Virus record (IMG/VR): IMGVR_UViG_3300025849_000025
Span: 16,100-80,099 of that record
Origin: a virus
Strand: one strand, 5' to 3'
Length of the DNA: 64,000 nucleotides
The translations under genes and the position numbers were made by a program. Of this stretch, positions 18,674 to 27,029 are shown one piece after another (position 1 is the first letter of the stretch; each line of letters starts with the position of its first letter). Below the pieces are notes generated by a model. It ran no database searches, was not told the DNA's origin, and was given only the letters and a program-made list of their open reading frames with translations.

Positions 18674-20608
18674 ATGGCAAGCACAGCAATATCACCAGAG
18701 ACACAAGCAATTGTTGACAAATTAAAACATGAGGGCGAACTAATTCGCAACCGTGGTGTCAATTCTGTGCGTTCCTTGAACATTAAGTTAGATAAATTTG
18801 ATGGTCTTTTTTCGTCTATTAATAAAAACATGTCTGAACAAACAGCATTACTTGAAAGACAAGCAGGTCTTGCTGATCGTGCTGATGCTAGACTTGCAAA
18901 CCAAGAACAGTTTGATGAACTTGAAAGAAAAGAAGCTCCACCTTCTGTTGATACTAGCGCCAATAAAGGACGTGATGATACCAACATTAATAAGATGGGT
19001 GATGCTATTGGAAAAGCATTTACTATGCAAAGTCTTAAGAATGTTGCAATGTTGGCTGGTGGTGCGTTTATTGGGTATAACTTAATCAAAGGTGCTATTG
19101 ATGAAAAAACTAATGGTGGGTTCTCTGCGTTTGAAAGTAATGTAGGTAATTTTGCGCGTGGAATGGGCGATATCAATTTCACCGAAATGAAAGAGACTTT
19201 CGCTACTCTAACAACATCTATTTCTGGGATAGCGGCAAGCTTAACTTCACTCACAGCTACGCTTGATAAGATTATGAGTATTGATTGGGAAACAATTGTA
19301 ACTGGCGTACTAACAAGTATTGGATTGTTGACTGCGTACAACCTAACAATGAAAGCCGCCATAATGCTAATGGGTGGAAGCGCATTGTTTGGCGGTAAAG
19401 CTAGATTCTTTAAAGCATTACTTGGGGCTGGGGTTGGCGTAGCCACTCTCAACAGCTTAGTAGATACAGATGCGGATAGACAGAGAATAACTGATGCTGA
19501 TGCAAATAAAAGAGGCAATCTTTCTCCAAACCAAAGAGCGGCATTATCTGGCACTGGTGCATATGCATATGAACCTTCACCAAAAGTAGTTACTACTTCA
19601 CCAAGACAACCAAACTTTACTTACGATCCAGATAGTGACGTTTACAGGAGCAATAAGACTGGTGGTGTATTGCATGGCAATGCAAGAACAGCGGCTGAGA
19701 ATGCAAGACTGAGAGCGATGGGACCACCTAGAATACAAATGCCAGACAGAACGCCATCAGGTGCGTTTAAAATACCCGCCGTTGCCGCTCCAACCCCAAA
19801 GATGCTTGCTGACGAATTCTTAAAGGCTAATAAAGCAACAATTGCACGAAAAGCAATCCAAAAAATTCCTGGTGTTGTGGCAAAATCATTCCCAGTTGTG
19901 GGAACACTACTTGGTTTAGGGTTTATGATTTGGAGTCTTTCAAAAGGTGATTGGACATCTGCGGCACTAGAAGGTGGCAGTCTTGCCGCCCCATCTTTGG
20001 CAGGACTTCCGCTAGACATCGCGGCTGCTGGTACTGCAATCTTCCACGAAATTACTGGGGATACTTACTTAAATACAGAAGAACATAGATTGATCGCAAA
20101 GGGTATCATAGAAGTGATGCACGATGCTTACATTGCATACATGGAAGACAAAGATACCCAAAGAAGAAGAGCATTCGACGCATTACCAGAGAGTGAACGT
20201 GCGGCAATTACCGCCGAACAAGAATATATTGCTGGTGGTGGTAGACCTGGTGGAAGAGTTCTTGAAAGAGGAAATACATCAATAGGTAGCATGTCTTTGG
20301 GTAGCTATAGTGGTCCTGATAATGTATTAAATAACAGCCCATACTTCAAAGGTAATTATTTCCAAGGTAGTGATGGTATTTACTTCCAAGCATCACCACA
20401 AAACGGTGGTGGAATGGCTCGAAGAATAGGAACAGTTGGCGAATTGAGCGCATCAAGTGGCGTAACCCTAATTAACGCACAACAGAGCAATCCAGTTACA
20501 GTAAACAACGTACAAGGTGCGCAAACACAAAATAGTCTAGCAGTTGTTGGTGGTGGCGGTAGAGATGCAGAGTTTGCACAAAACTTCCTACCTTACTTCG
20601 CAAAATAA
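18674..20608 (+). CDS. Probable tape-measure/baseplate hub protein, gp29-like
   Basis: Follows gp26/gp51; helical, Ala/Gly-rich with hydrophobic segments. Confidence 0.6.
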   Translation: MASTAISPETQAIVDKLKHEGELIRNRGVNSVRSLNIKLDKFDGLFSSINKNMSEQTALLERQAGLADRADARLANQEQFDELERKEAPPSVDTSANKGRDDTNINKMGDAIGKAFTMQSLKNVAMLAGGAFIGYNLIKGAIDEKTNGGFSAFESNVGNFARGMGDINFTEMKETFATLTTSISGIAASLTSLTATLDKIMSIDWETIVTGVLTSIGLLTAYNLTMKAAIMLMGGSALFGGKARFFKALLGAGVGVATLNSLVDTDADRQRITDADANKRGNLSPNQRAALSGTGAYAYEPSPKVVTTSPRQPNFTYDPDSDVYRSNKTGGVLHGNARTAAENARLRAMGPPRIQMPDRTPSGAFKIPAVAAPTPKMLADEFLKANKATIARKAIQKIPGVVAKSFPVVGTLLGLGFMIWSLSKGDWTSAALEGGSLAAPSLAGLPLDIAAAGTAIFHEITGDTYLNTEEHRLIAKGIIEVMHDAYIAYMEDKDTQRRRAFDALPESERAAITAEQEYIAGGGRPGGRVLERGNTSIGSMSLGSYSGPDNVLNNSPYFKGNYFQGSDGIYFQASPQNGGGMARRIGTVGELSASSGVTLINAQQSNPVTVNNVQGAQTQNSLAVVGGGGRDAEFAQNFLPYFAK

Positions 20609-20643
20609 AAAAAGGGTTGCAATTTAATAAAGCAACCCTTTTA
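20609..20643. terminator. Bidirectional intrinsic terminator between converging late and early regions
   Basis: AAAAGGGTTGC-loop-GCAACCCTTTT with A/T tails on both sides. Confidence 0.8.
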
Positions 20644-20668
20644 GGACTATCACGTATTTGAGATACGC

Positions 20669-21004
20669 TTAAGTATGAGAATTAATGTGCGCCCTAAGTT
20701 TATCTGCAATCTTGGCAAAGTATTTACCACCCGCATAGATAGTTGGTTCATCATCCCAATGTCCTTCACGGTAATCGATGTCGGCACGGTTGTCGAGATC
20801 AGCACGGAACTCTTTTAGAATATTAATGTCTACCATCGTAGACTTCTTAATGTTACCAGACAGAAATTCGTCAAGGAACTCAACGTAGCTGTCACACAGA
20901 GACTTAGGCTCAATGCCTTCAGCACACTCAATGAAGTTTGACAATTCACTATGCACATAGTCTTTCTGACCACGCATGATAATTCCAAAAGGGATTTTAC
21001 TCAT
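20669..21004 (-). CDS. Hypothetical phage protein
   Basis: 111-aa ORF with AAGGAG RBS. Confidence 0.6.
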   Translation of the reverse strand: MSKIPFGIIMRGQKDYVHSELSNFIECAEGIEPKSLCDSYVEFLDEFLSGNIKKSTMVDINILKEFRADLDNRADIDYREGHWDDEPTIYAGGKYFAKIADKLRAHINSHT

Positions 21005-21015
21005 ATATGTACTCC

Positions 21016-21309
21016 TTACCGTACTTGAATATCGATTTGATTAACAAGGTCTTCAACAAAAATGTCTGATACCTTCTTATCGGTGATTACTTTGTATTCT
21101 CCTTTTACTTTCCGCACCCGAACGAATGCGATGTCATATAGATCAGAACCGTTCAATGTGATTTGCACTTGTCCTTTCCATCCAACCATACCACTAGTTT
21201 TAAACTGAAGACCTTCACTCAAGGCAACTTTGTTCTTAGTACCCCAAGCCCAAAAGGCCATTGGGTCAAGACATTTGATTTGGTCATTGATGATATTTGC
21301 GATTGACAT
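21016..21309 (-). CDS. Hypothetical phage early protein
   Basis: 97 aa; LNGSDLYDI motif; downstream of a promoter cassette. Confidence 0.65.
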   Translation of the reverse strand: MSIANIINDQIKCLDPMAFWAWGTKNKVALSEGLQFKTSGMVGWKGQVQITLNGSDLYDIAFVRVRKVKGEYKVITDKKVSDIFVEDLVNQIDIQVR

Positions 21310-21342
21310 GTTTAGAACTCTCTCTGATTCTGTTTACTTCTT

Positions 21343-21378
21343 AAATTAACAAATTGAGAAGGGGGTGTCAACCCCCTA
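21343..21378 (-). promoter_or_regulatory. Early promoter with the -35 box inside a stem-loop
   Basis: AGGGGG-TTGACA-CCCCCT hairpin; TTGACA-N17-TAATTT. Confidence 0.6.
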
Positions 21379-21381
21379 TTT

Positions 21382-21633
21382 TTATGCCGCTTCCAACATT
21401 GAGAAAGGAACAGTGTAACGTGAGCCACGCATAGACACGACAGCTTTCTTAGGGTTCATCTTTTCGATGACGCCTTGAGTACGTTTTGTTTTCTGAACAA
21501 CCCAAACTGAGTCACCAACATTAAAAGTGGCTTGAGCGCTAATCGCTTTGATCTGTTGTGCGATGTTCATGATTTGTGACAACTCTGTTTGTGTCATTGT
21601 CATCATTGCGTTCTTGATATCTGTTACGTTCAT
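21382..21633 (-). CDS. Hypothetical protein with an SH3/KOW-like C-terminus
   Basis: FNVGDSVWV...GVIEKMNPKKAVV; start reassigned to MNVTD. Confidence 0.6.
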   Translation of the reverse strand: MNVTDIKNAMMTMTQTELSQIMNIAQQIKAISAQATFNVGDSVWVVQKTKRTQGVIEKMNPKKAVVSMRGSRYTVPFSMLEAA

Positions 21634-21664
21634 TTTGTTTTCTTTCTGATTAATTAACTTACTC

Positions 21665-21697
21665 ATATGTTATAGAATCAAAAAAGGGTGCTGTCAA
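21665..21697 (-). promoter_or_regulatory. Early sigma70 promoter cassette
   Basis: TTGACA-N17-TATAAC with TGATTC abutting the -10 box; 32/33 identical to 27425-27457. Confidence 0.8.
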
Positions 21698-21732
21698 GCA
21701 CTAAAGTAACTTTATTCTAACTTAATTAAGAT

Positions 21733-21813
21733 TGGTGTCAGTTAAGGAATTGAACCTTAATCATCCATGATATGACGCCTAGATATCCATTGGATTAGTA
21801 AACCTACCTGACA
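21733..21813 (-). ncRNA. tRNA-like RNA or degenerate tRNA with a CCA end
   Basis: TGTCAG/CTGACA acceptor-like stem plus CCA; T-arm TAAGG-TTCAATT-CCTTA; non-canonical D and anticodon arms; consensus promoter upstream. Confidence 0.55.
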
Positions 21814-21856
21814 TAAGTTCTTAAATAGAATCATTTATTATCATAAGGGATACCCT

Positions 21857-21885
21857 ATTATACCACAGATAGTGATACTTGTCAA
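21857..21885 (-). promoter_or_regulatory. Consensus sigma70 promoter upstream of the tRNA-like element
   Basis: TTGACA-N17-TATAAT with extended TG (TGTGGTATAAT). Confidence 0.75.
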
Positions 21886-21892
21886 GTCTTTT

Positions 21893-22303
21893 TTACTTAT
21901 AATTGATAAATTTATCTGGGCTTCTGAAATTCTTTTTGCGCATAATTGTTTTCATAACAACGTCGAATTCGTCATTACGTCTGTCATATGTAACTGCAAC
22001 TGGAATGTTCAAATCTTTTTGGATGTCTTTAAGAACAGCCTCAGCACCCGCAACATCTTTAATAGACTTGCCTTTCTGTGCATAAACCTTCTTGATGAAA
22101 TCAGCCAATTCTTTAAGGCTAATACAAGGAGTATTACGTTCATCGCCCATACGATCAGCAAAGTGTCGTGTGAAGTTGAAGTCAATATCGTACTTCTTAA
22201 AGAGTTGATCAACAATCTTTTCAAACTGCTTGATCTGTTTCATGCCAATCAAGTCACATGATTTAGCTTCAGCCTCAGCCAAGTGTTGTTTAAAATTTTT
22301 CAT
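21893..22303 (-). CDS. Putative internal head protein; possible BECR/RelE-like RNase fold
   Basis: Capsid-targeting-like N-terminus MKNFKQHLAE; FTRHFADRMGDER and VVMKTIMRK motifs; the fold is inferred. Confidence 0.5.
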   Translation of the reverse strand: MKNFKQHLAEAEAKSCDLIGMKQIKQFEKIVDQLFKKYDIDFNFTRHFADRMGDERNTPCISLKELADFIKKVYAQKGKSIKDVAGAEAVLKDIQKDLNIPVAVTYDRRNDEFDVVMKTIMRKKNFRSPDKFINYK

Positions 22304-22887
22304 TCTTCAAACTCCTTAAGTTTCACACGGATAGCTTTTATCATCTTCCTGTGAGTTCCAGTCAGTGTACGGTTCTTTTCCAATTCATCCATAATCTGAG
22401 TGGTTTGTTTTTTATAATTCGATGCCCATTTTTTAGTCTTTGCTGTGTTCAGATCACTTACGTTGTGAAGACGATCTGCCAACTTAACAACCAAAGCCCA
22501 ACTGCTCATGCTAGACATTTTAGCACTTAGGTAATCTGCTTTACTTGCTTTGAATTCTTTGCTTTGTTCATCAGAAGTCAGTTCTTTAACCATAGAGGCT
22601 ACCAAGCCACCAAACATCTTTGTGATGTCTTCTTGCTCAGTGTCGGTGTCTTCTACTGTATCGTGAAGGTATGCGGCACTGATCAAAGCTTCTATGTTAT
22701 GAGACTTCTTAAACTGCTTTACAATTTTAGCAACTTCTACAGGGTGGGTAATGTAAGACTTGCCATCAGTACGAGTCTGCTTCCTATGAGCATTAGCCGC
22801 AAACCTAATGGCTTTCTGTGATTGCGTCAAGCTTGCACCCTTAGCCTCTGCTAATTGCTCCGTGACGTAATCTTTGAACCTTTTCAT
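22300..22887 (-). CDS. HD-domain small alarmone hydrolase (Mesh1/SpoT-HD-like)
   Basis: AHRKQTRTDGKSYITHP, AYLHDTVEDT, FGGLVASMVKELT, VKLADRLHN; N-terminus MKRFKDYVTEQLAE. Confidence 0.88.
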   Translation of the reverse strand: MKRFKDYVTEQLAEAKGASLTQSQKAIRFAANAHRKQTRTDGKSYITHPVEVAKIVKQFKKSHNIEALISAAYLHDTVEDTDTEQEDITKMFGGLVASMVKELTSDEQSKEFKASKADYLSAKMSSMSSWALVVKLADRLHNVSDLNTAKTKKWASNYKKQTTQIMDELEKNRTLTGTHRKMIKAIRVKLKEFEE

Positions 22888-22890
22888 TTC

Positions 22891-23223
22891 TTATTCCTTG
22901 TAAAGATAGAAGCATTTATCAGCACGTTGAAAGCTGTACCCCTTAATTTGTTTTCCTGCACGTTCATACAGATTAGCACGTTTTTCATCAGTCACATCAA
23001 ACATATACCACTTTGCACGATCAGCCTTAACAAGTTCTACAAAAGCTTTTGTCAGCTTACGATACAGTCCAACAGGGTTAGGTGTATCCCCTTCAATGGT
23101 ATACACCTTGATATGTTCAATGTCACCCATCCATTCGTCTATGTCATTTTTATACATGACGATCTTGTTATCTACTGCTTCAACGCAGTATACAAAACCC
23201 TCATGATCTACTTCTATTTCCAT
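22891..23223 (-). CDS. Hypothetical protein between the synthetase and hydrolase genes
   Basis: 110-aa ORF with its own TTGACA-N17-TATCTT promoter at about 23249-23277. Confidence 0.6.
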   Translation of the reverse strand: MEIEVDHEGFVYCVEAVDNKIVMYKNDIDEWMGDIEHIKVYTIEGDTPNPVGLYRKLTKAFVELVKADRAKWYMFDVTDEKRANLYERAGKQIKGYSFQRADKCFYLYKE

Positions 23224-23285
23224 AACAAATTCTTTCTCTTACTGTAGAAAGATACTCAATGCAACCTTGGGTGTCAAGGTCTTTT

Positions 23286-24146
23286 TTACTTACCCTTCAA
23301 CTTTCTTCGTGTCTGACGATCCATTTGCGACAATCCAGAAGTCTTTATATACTTTGATTTCTGCTTATCAACATTGATTCCTGCACCACCACCTCTGGCG
23401 TTGCCTTTGTCAAATGCTCTCTTGCCGTGACGCAATAGTTTTTGAGTTTCTTTAGAACCTTTGATTTCGTCTGATGCTGATCTGAAGTCATCATACTGAC
23501 CACCCGCAATTTTCTTTGCAGAATAAAGCTTCTTAGTCATCAATTGAATTTCTGTGTTCACACCATCAACGTCAACTGAAAAGTGTACAGAACCGTAATA
23601 GCCAAACTGTTTGTCGCCACCACGTTCTTTTGGGTCAAACTCTGATACTGATTTAAATGCTTTGAAAATGTTTTTTGAAACAACACCGATATCTTTTTCG
23701 TCGTTTACTAGGATTGAACCACGCAACCAATCATTCATCTTTGATGGGTCTTTACCACGGTCAACAGTCTTGTTTACGAATGCCCTAAGCTTCTTAACAT
23801 CAACCATAATCTTCGCGTTCTGAACACCCTTGAGCGCAGTCTTCAAACCAGATTCGTATTTCTTGAGGCGGTCTTTAATGATAGGCTCATACTTTTGGTA
23901 GAGCGCAACGACTTTTTCTTTGTCGTTCTTACCAGTAAAATCTTTGATTTTTTCATCAGCCCAAAATGTCTTTTTGGCGGGCTTCAATTTTTTGCTAAGT
24001 CTTTTAATTAAGGAGTCGTCTAGGTTTTCAATCAAACCATTTTCTGCAAGAAGCTCTAAACAGATGCTTTCTAGGATTGCATCAATGTTTTCAATGTCGC
24101 CCCATTCGGCTGAATTCTCGTTAATAAAGCTTTTAAAGTTTAGCAT
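23286..24146 (-). CDS. RelA/SpoT-family small alarmone synthetase-like nucleotidyltransferase
   Basis: VKKLRAFVNK, NDWLRGSIL, GYYGSVH and EIQLMT are divergent SYNTH motifs; start reassigned to ATG 24146 (MLNFKSFINE; GAGGA RBS; late promoter upstream). Confidence 0.75.
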   Translation of the reverse strand: MLNFKSFINENSAEWGDIENIDAILESICLELLAENGLIENLDDSLIKRLSKKLKPAKKTFWADEKIKDFTGKNDKEKVVALYQKYEPIIKDRLKKYESGLKTALKGVQNAKIMVDVKKLRAFVNKTVDRGKDPSKMNDWLRGSILVNDEKDIGVVSKNIFKAFKSVSEFDPKERGGDKQFGYYGSVHFSVDVDGVNTEIQLMTKKLYSAKKIAGGQYDDFRSASDEIKGSKETQKLLRHGKRAFDKGNARGGGAGINVDKQKSKYIKTSGLSQMDRQTRRKLKGK

Positions 24147-24178
24147 ATCGTCCTCATGTGTTCTACTTAGTATAGTGT

Positions 24179-24186
24179 TATTTATA
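24179..24186 (-). promoter_or_regulatory. T4-type late promoter for the alarmone synthetase cluster
   Basis: Exact TATAAATA 33 nt upstream of ATG 24146. Confidence 0.75.
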
Positions 24187-24213
24187 CAAATAGAACACGT
24201 CGAGGGAGAACTT

Positions 24214-24648
24214 TTAAGCCGCCATGGCTTCTTGTTGAGTGCAAACGTAAGGCTTATTCCACTTGCCAACATTGATATCTACATAAAAATCAACATGGTG
24301 ATAATCTGACATTAGATCAGACTCGTCAAACCATTCGTCACCCTTCATGGCTTCTACAAGCTCATTGAAGAAATTCTTTGCCTCATCATCCCAATGAGAG
24401 TCGATGTGATATGTGTTGACTTGAATATACTTATTGGTGTTTTCGTAGTAAGGCATGCCACGACGATCAGCAATCTCTTTGTTTTTTGCGTTCTGCATAC
24501 CAACGAAATCGAAATGCGAAGCAGAGATGTTAACAACAAGTGACATATGGTGTTTGATACCAATAGTACCTTTAACGCCATACTTTTTAAGAACTGCTTT
24601 GATATTAGGAGCTAGTTGCTTTTTACGTTCTTGTGAAATATAAGCCAT
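24214..24648 (-). CDS. Hypothetical phage early protein
   Basis: 144-aa ORF directly downstream of a promoter cassette. Confidence 0.7.
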   Translation of the reverse strand: MAYISQERKKQLAPNIKAVLKKYGVKGTIGIKHHMSLVVNISASHFDFVGMQNAKNKEIADRRGMPYYENTNKYIQVNTYHIDSHWDDEAKNFFNELVEAMKGDEWFDESDLMSDYHHVDFYVDINVGKWNKPYVCTQQEAMAA

Positions 24649-24658
24649 GATTTTTTCT

Positions 24659-24709
24659 CTTTCGTTTTGATTACATATTAGTTATAGAATCAAGTTAACC
24701 TATTGTCAA
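24659..24709 (-). promoter_or_regulatory. Early sigma70 promoter cassette
   Basis: TTGACA-N17-TATAAC followed by ATATGTAATCAAAACGAAAGAG leader. Confidence 0.8.
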
Positions 24710-24718
24710 CCCTTTATT

Positions 24719-25030
24719 TTAAAGATTGGCAACTTTTTCTACCGCACGGTTAAGATCACGCACATTCCAATCAGCACCAACAATAAATTCGTGACCAACA
24801 AACTCTTCTTCTGCATCACGCAATTCTATCATAGCGGCAACCAAATCATCAGTGTTAGTGATGTCATAGTCAGCAACATTACTCCACGCACGAGACGCCC
24901 AACGAGGGTCAGCTAACATTGACACAGTACGGATCATTGCAATCTTCTTGTCTGTGATTGCTTTACGCTCAGGGTTAAATGTCATTTCAATCGACTTGAG
25001 TGCTTTTTCCATCGCGGGAGAATTTGTCAT
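24719..25030 (-). CDS. Hypothetical phage early protein
   Basis: 103-aa ORF behind a promoter cassette. Confidence 0.6.
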   Translation of the reverse strand: MTNSPAMEKALKSIEMTFNPERKAITDKKIAMIRTVSMLADPRWASRAWSNVADYDITNTDDLVAAMIELRDAEEEFVGHEFIVGADWNVRDLNRAVEKVANL

Positions 25031-25041
25031 CTGATCTGTCT

Positions 25042-25092
25042 CTTTCGTTTTGATTACATATAACTTATAGAATCAACGGTGGTTGCTGTCAA
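25042..25092 (-). repeat. Early promoter cassette; 36-bp direct repeat with 26432-26467
   Basis: ctttcgttttgattacatataacttatagaatcaac is identical at 25042-25077 and 26432-26467; TTGACA-N17-TATAAG. Confidence 0.85.
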
Positions 25093-25095
25093 GAA

Positions 25096-25449
25096 CTATT
25101 TCTTCCAAACAGCAACAAAACCAAACATTTTTCTTTTGTCTTTTTTTCTAGGATCGGTATCGACAACAGTGTTACCGTCTCTATCAATCACTAATACATG
25201 ACCATCAACTCTTGCAACAAACGCAATGATGTCTTTATCTTTAGAGGCGATTTTTCTGATCTTTGGTCTAGCGGCTCCAACAGTGGTTGCGCTACCTAAA
25301 GCAGACAAACGACTACGAACAGCAAAGCCATTACGACGTAAGGTATTGTCCCAAACGTTCTTACCTGTTCTATCGTTCCATGTAGTGCCTGTCACACCGA
25401 AGAAGTTCAAAGTAGCACTGGCACATGGGGTTTTTACTAAAACAGTCAT
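25096..25449 (-). CDS. Hypothetical protein with Cys/His/Asp motifs
   Basis: TPCASA...VDGHVLVID...VVDTDP is reminiscent of a minimal papain-like fold; weak. Confidence 0.55.
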   Translation of the reverse strand: MTVLVKTPCASATLNFFGVTGTTWNDRTGKNVWDNTLRRNGFAVRSRLSALGSATTVGAARPKIRKIASKDKDIIAFVARVDGHVLVIDRDGNTVVDTDPRKKDKRKMFGFVAVWKK

Positions 25450-25522
25450 TGATTCGTCTCTTTCTCTTGATTACACTTATTATTACCAAAAGAAGAAAGC
25501 CCAGTCAAGGGCTTTTTTGTTT

Positions 25523-25813
25523 TTAAACCAAGTTTTTCATAATAGCTTCGATCTCGCTATCTTCAATCAAACGTTCGAGATAACCAACAACTTTGATCAA
25601 CTGATCCTTTGCGCTATCAAGATCGTGTGTGGCGTCTGCAAGAGCATCTTGGAGATGATTGATCTTTTGTTCATCTTCATCTTCCATACCGTCGTACAGA
25701 TCGATATTATCATTGCTACGCTGTGACTCACGCTTTGCGGCGTCGAGGTTTGAAATTACAGTATCAACATCAGAAGTGATATTTTCAAGTTCAGTTTTCA
25801 TTTCGTCATTCAT
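25523..25813 (-). CDS. Acidic coiled-coil hypothetical protein
   Basis: 96 aa, D/E-rich; AAGGA RBS; promoter at 25841-25869. Confidence 0.6.
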   Translation of the reverse strand: MNDEMKTELENITSDVDTVISNLDAAKRESQRSNDNIDLYDGMEDEDEQKINHLQDALADATHDLDSAKDQLIKVVGYLERLIEDSEIEAIMKNLV

Positions 25814-25865
25814 AGCTTATCCTTTCAAGGTTACTCTTACTGTTTAGCGAATCGTGGTGGGGTTG

Positions 25866-26054
25866 TCAACTCTTTTTTTGGTAATCACCACAATCATTTG
25901 AAAAGTCTGACAGGGCAATTGGTGCATAATCAAGCCCAAATGACTCTGCCCAAGCGTCTGCTTCTGCACTTACTTGTGGTGAAAAGTTTCTATGACATTG
26001 TGTGTTTGTGCAATCGCTGTTGCAAAATGTTTTATCTTTATAACAAAAAGCCAT
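25866..26054 (-). CDS. Small Cys-rich hypothetical protein
   Basis: Start reassigned to MAFCYKDKTFCNSDCTNTQCHRN. Confidence 0.55.
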   Translation of the reverse strand: MAFCYKDKTFCNSDCTNTQCHRNFSPQVSAEADAWAESFGLDYAPIALSDFSNDCGDYQKKS

Positions 26055-26055
26055 A

Positions 26056-26421
26056 TTATGATCCTGTTGTGAGTTTAAGTGAACCGTCTTCTTGCATCTC
26101 AAAGTTTTCAATGTAAGCGTGATGCGTACCACTTAGTTTGATGCAAGTTTCAGCGGCTTTCCACAATGCTTTGATTGTACCGTCTACTGCCCAAGCAGTA
26201 ACTTCGATGGTAGTGCGCTTACCACGATCTTTGATGTCTGCCATCAAGTCTTCTTGCGAAGCATTAGGATCGACAGTTTCGTAAACAACCTTACGTGCTT
26301 TGTTGGTAAGAATTGCGTGATCTGAATCTTTAAGACCGACTTCGTAGATACTCCAAACAGTAGACATGTTCAGTTCATCTTTCATTGCGAAGAAGTGGTT
26401 CATTGTGGTTTCAAAAGACAT
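26056..26421 (-). CDS. Hypothetical phage early protein
   Basis: 121 aa; HHAYIENF motif; behind a promoter cassette. Confidence 0.65.
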   Translation of the reverse strand: MSFETTMNHFFAMKDELNMSTVWSIYEVGLKDSDHAILTNKARKVVYETVDPNASQEDLMADIKDRGKRTTIEVTAWAVDGTIKALWKAAETCIKLSGTHHAYIENFEMQEDGSLKLTTGS

Positions 26422-26431
26422 TCTATTCTCA

Positions 26432-26482
26432 CTTTCGTTTTGATTACATATAACTTATAGAATCAACTTAACTGGTTGTCAA
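26432..26482 (-). repeat. Early promoter cassette, second copy of the 36-bp repeat
   Basis: TTGACA-N17-TATAAG; identical leader to 25042-25077. Confidence 0.85.
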
Positions 26483-26691
26483 CAACTTTCTTCAAGAATG
26501 GTGACTTGATGACCATATGCCCAATGACCATTATCAAGATCAAAGATACAGTTGTCTTTGATTGTATTTGGAACTTTCGGGACATCCACACCATACTTAC
26601 TGCCACTGCAAATATCTTCAACAATTTCAATCGCAGTTACGTTAGCGTATCCGTGACGCATACTCCAAACCATATCACCTACATTAATCAT
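26479..26691 (-). CDS. Hypothetical phage protein
   Basis: MINVGD...DLDNGHWAYG; start reassigned. Confidence 0.6.
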   Translation of the reverse strand: MINVGDMVWSMRHGYANVTAIEIVEDICSGSKYGVDVPKVPNTIKDNCIFDLDNGHWAYGHQVTILEESC

Positions 26692-26716
26692 AATTTCAAC
26701 TTTCTCTTTGTTGCCT

Positions 26717-26974
26717 TTATTGTGGGTAAGCAACTGTTAATTCGCTGAGAACCATACTTTCCATCATTGAATTAAAAACTTGGTTAAATTCTGCAACAGT
26801 AAGTTTTCTGCCCTCATGCTCTTGGATGATGTCGATTTTCCCTAAGATAATCGCCCCCGCCCAATCGGTAGCCTCATCTTGAGTATCAAAGATGCGAACT
26901 TCTGGCTCAGACGTATCGGCTATTTTTAAAGAAACTTTATATTTTTTCATTTTAGAAACTTTATATTTTTTCAT
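26717..26974 (-). CDS. Hypothetical protein, paralog of 27030-27257
   Basis: Shares YKVS..IA...EPEVR.FDT.DEATDW with the neighbouring gene. Confidence 0.6.
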   Translation of the reverse strand: MKKYKVSKMKKYKVSLKIADTSEPEVRIFDTQDEATDWAGAIILGKIDIIQEHEGRKLTVAEFNQVFNSMMESMVLSELTVAYPQ

Positions 26975-26977
26975 TTT
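26930..26977. repeat. Perfect 24-bp tandem duplication covering a start codon
   Basis: agaaactttatattttttcatttt occurs twice, giving MKKYKVSK-MKKYKVSL. Confidence 0.85.
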
Positions 26978-27029
26978 ATCTATCCTTTTGTTTGTTACCT
27001 TTAGTGTATACCATATTGATTCGATGTTG

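Noticed and set aside
18637-20019. Long antisense ORFs (305 aa and 125 aa) opposite the tape measure gene, and similar shadow ORFs elsewhere
   Set aside because: They mirror the codon bias of the real genes and have no motifs or RBS
24147-24272. 42-aa N-terminal extension of the synthetase given in the ORF track
   Set aside because: It overlaps the upstream gene and spans the late promoter; ATG 24146 has a good RBS
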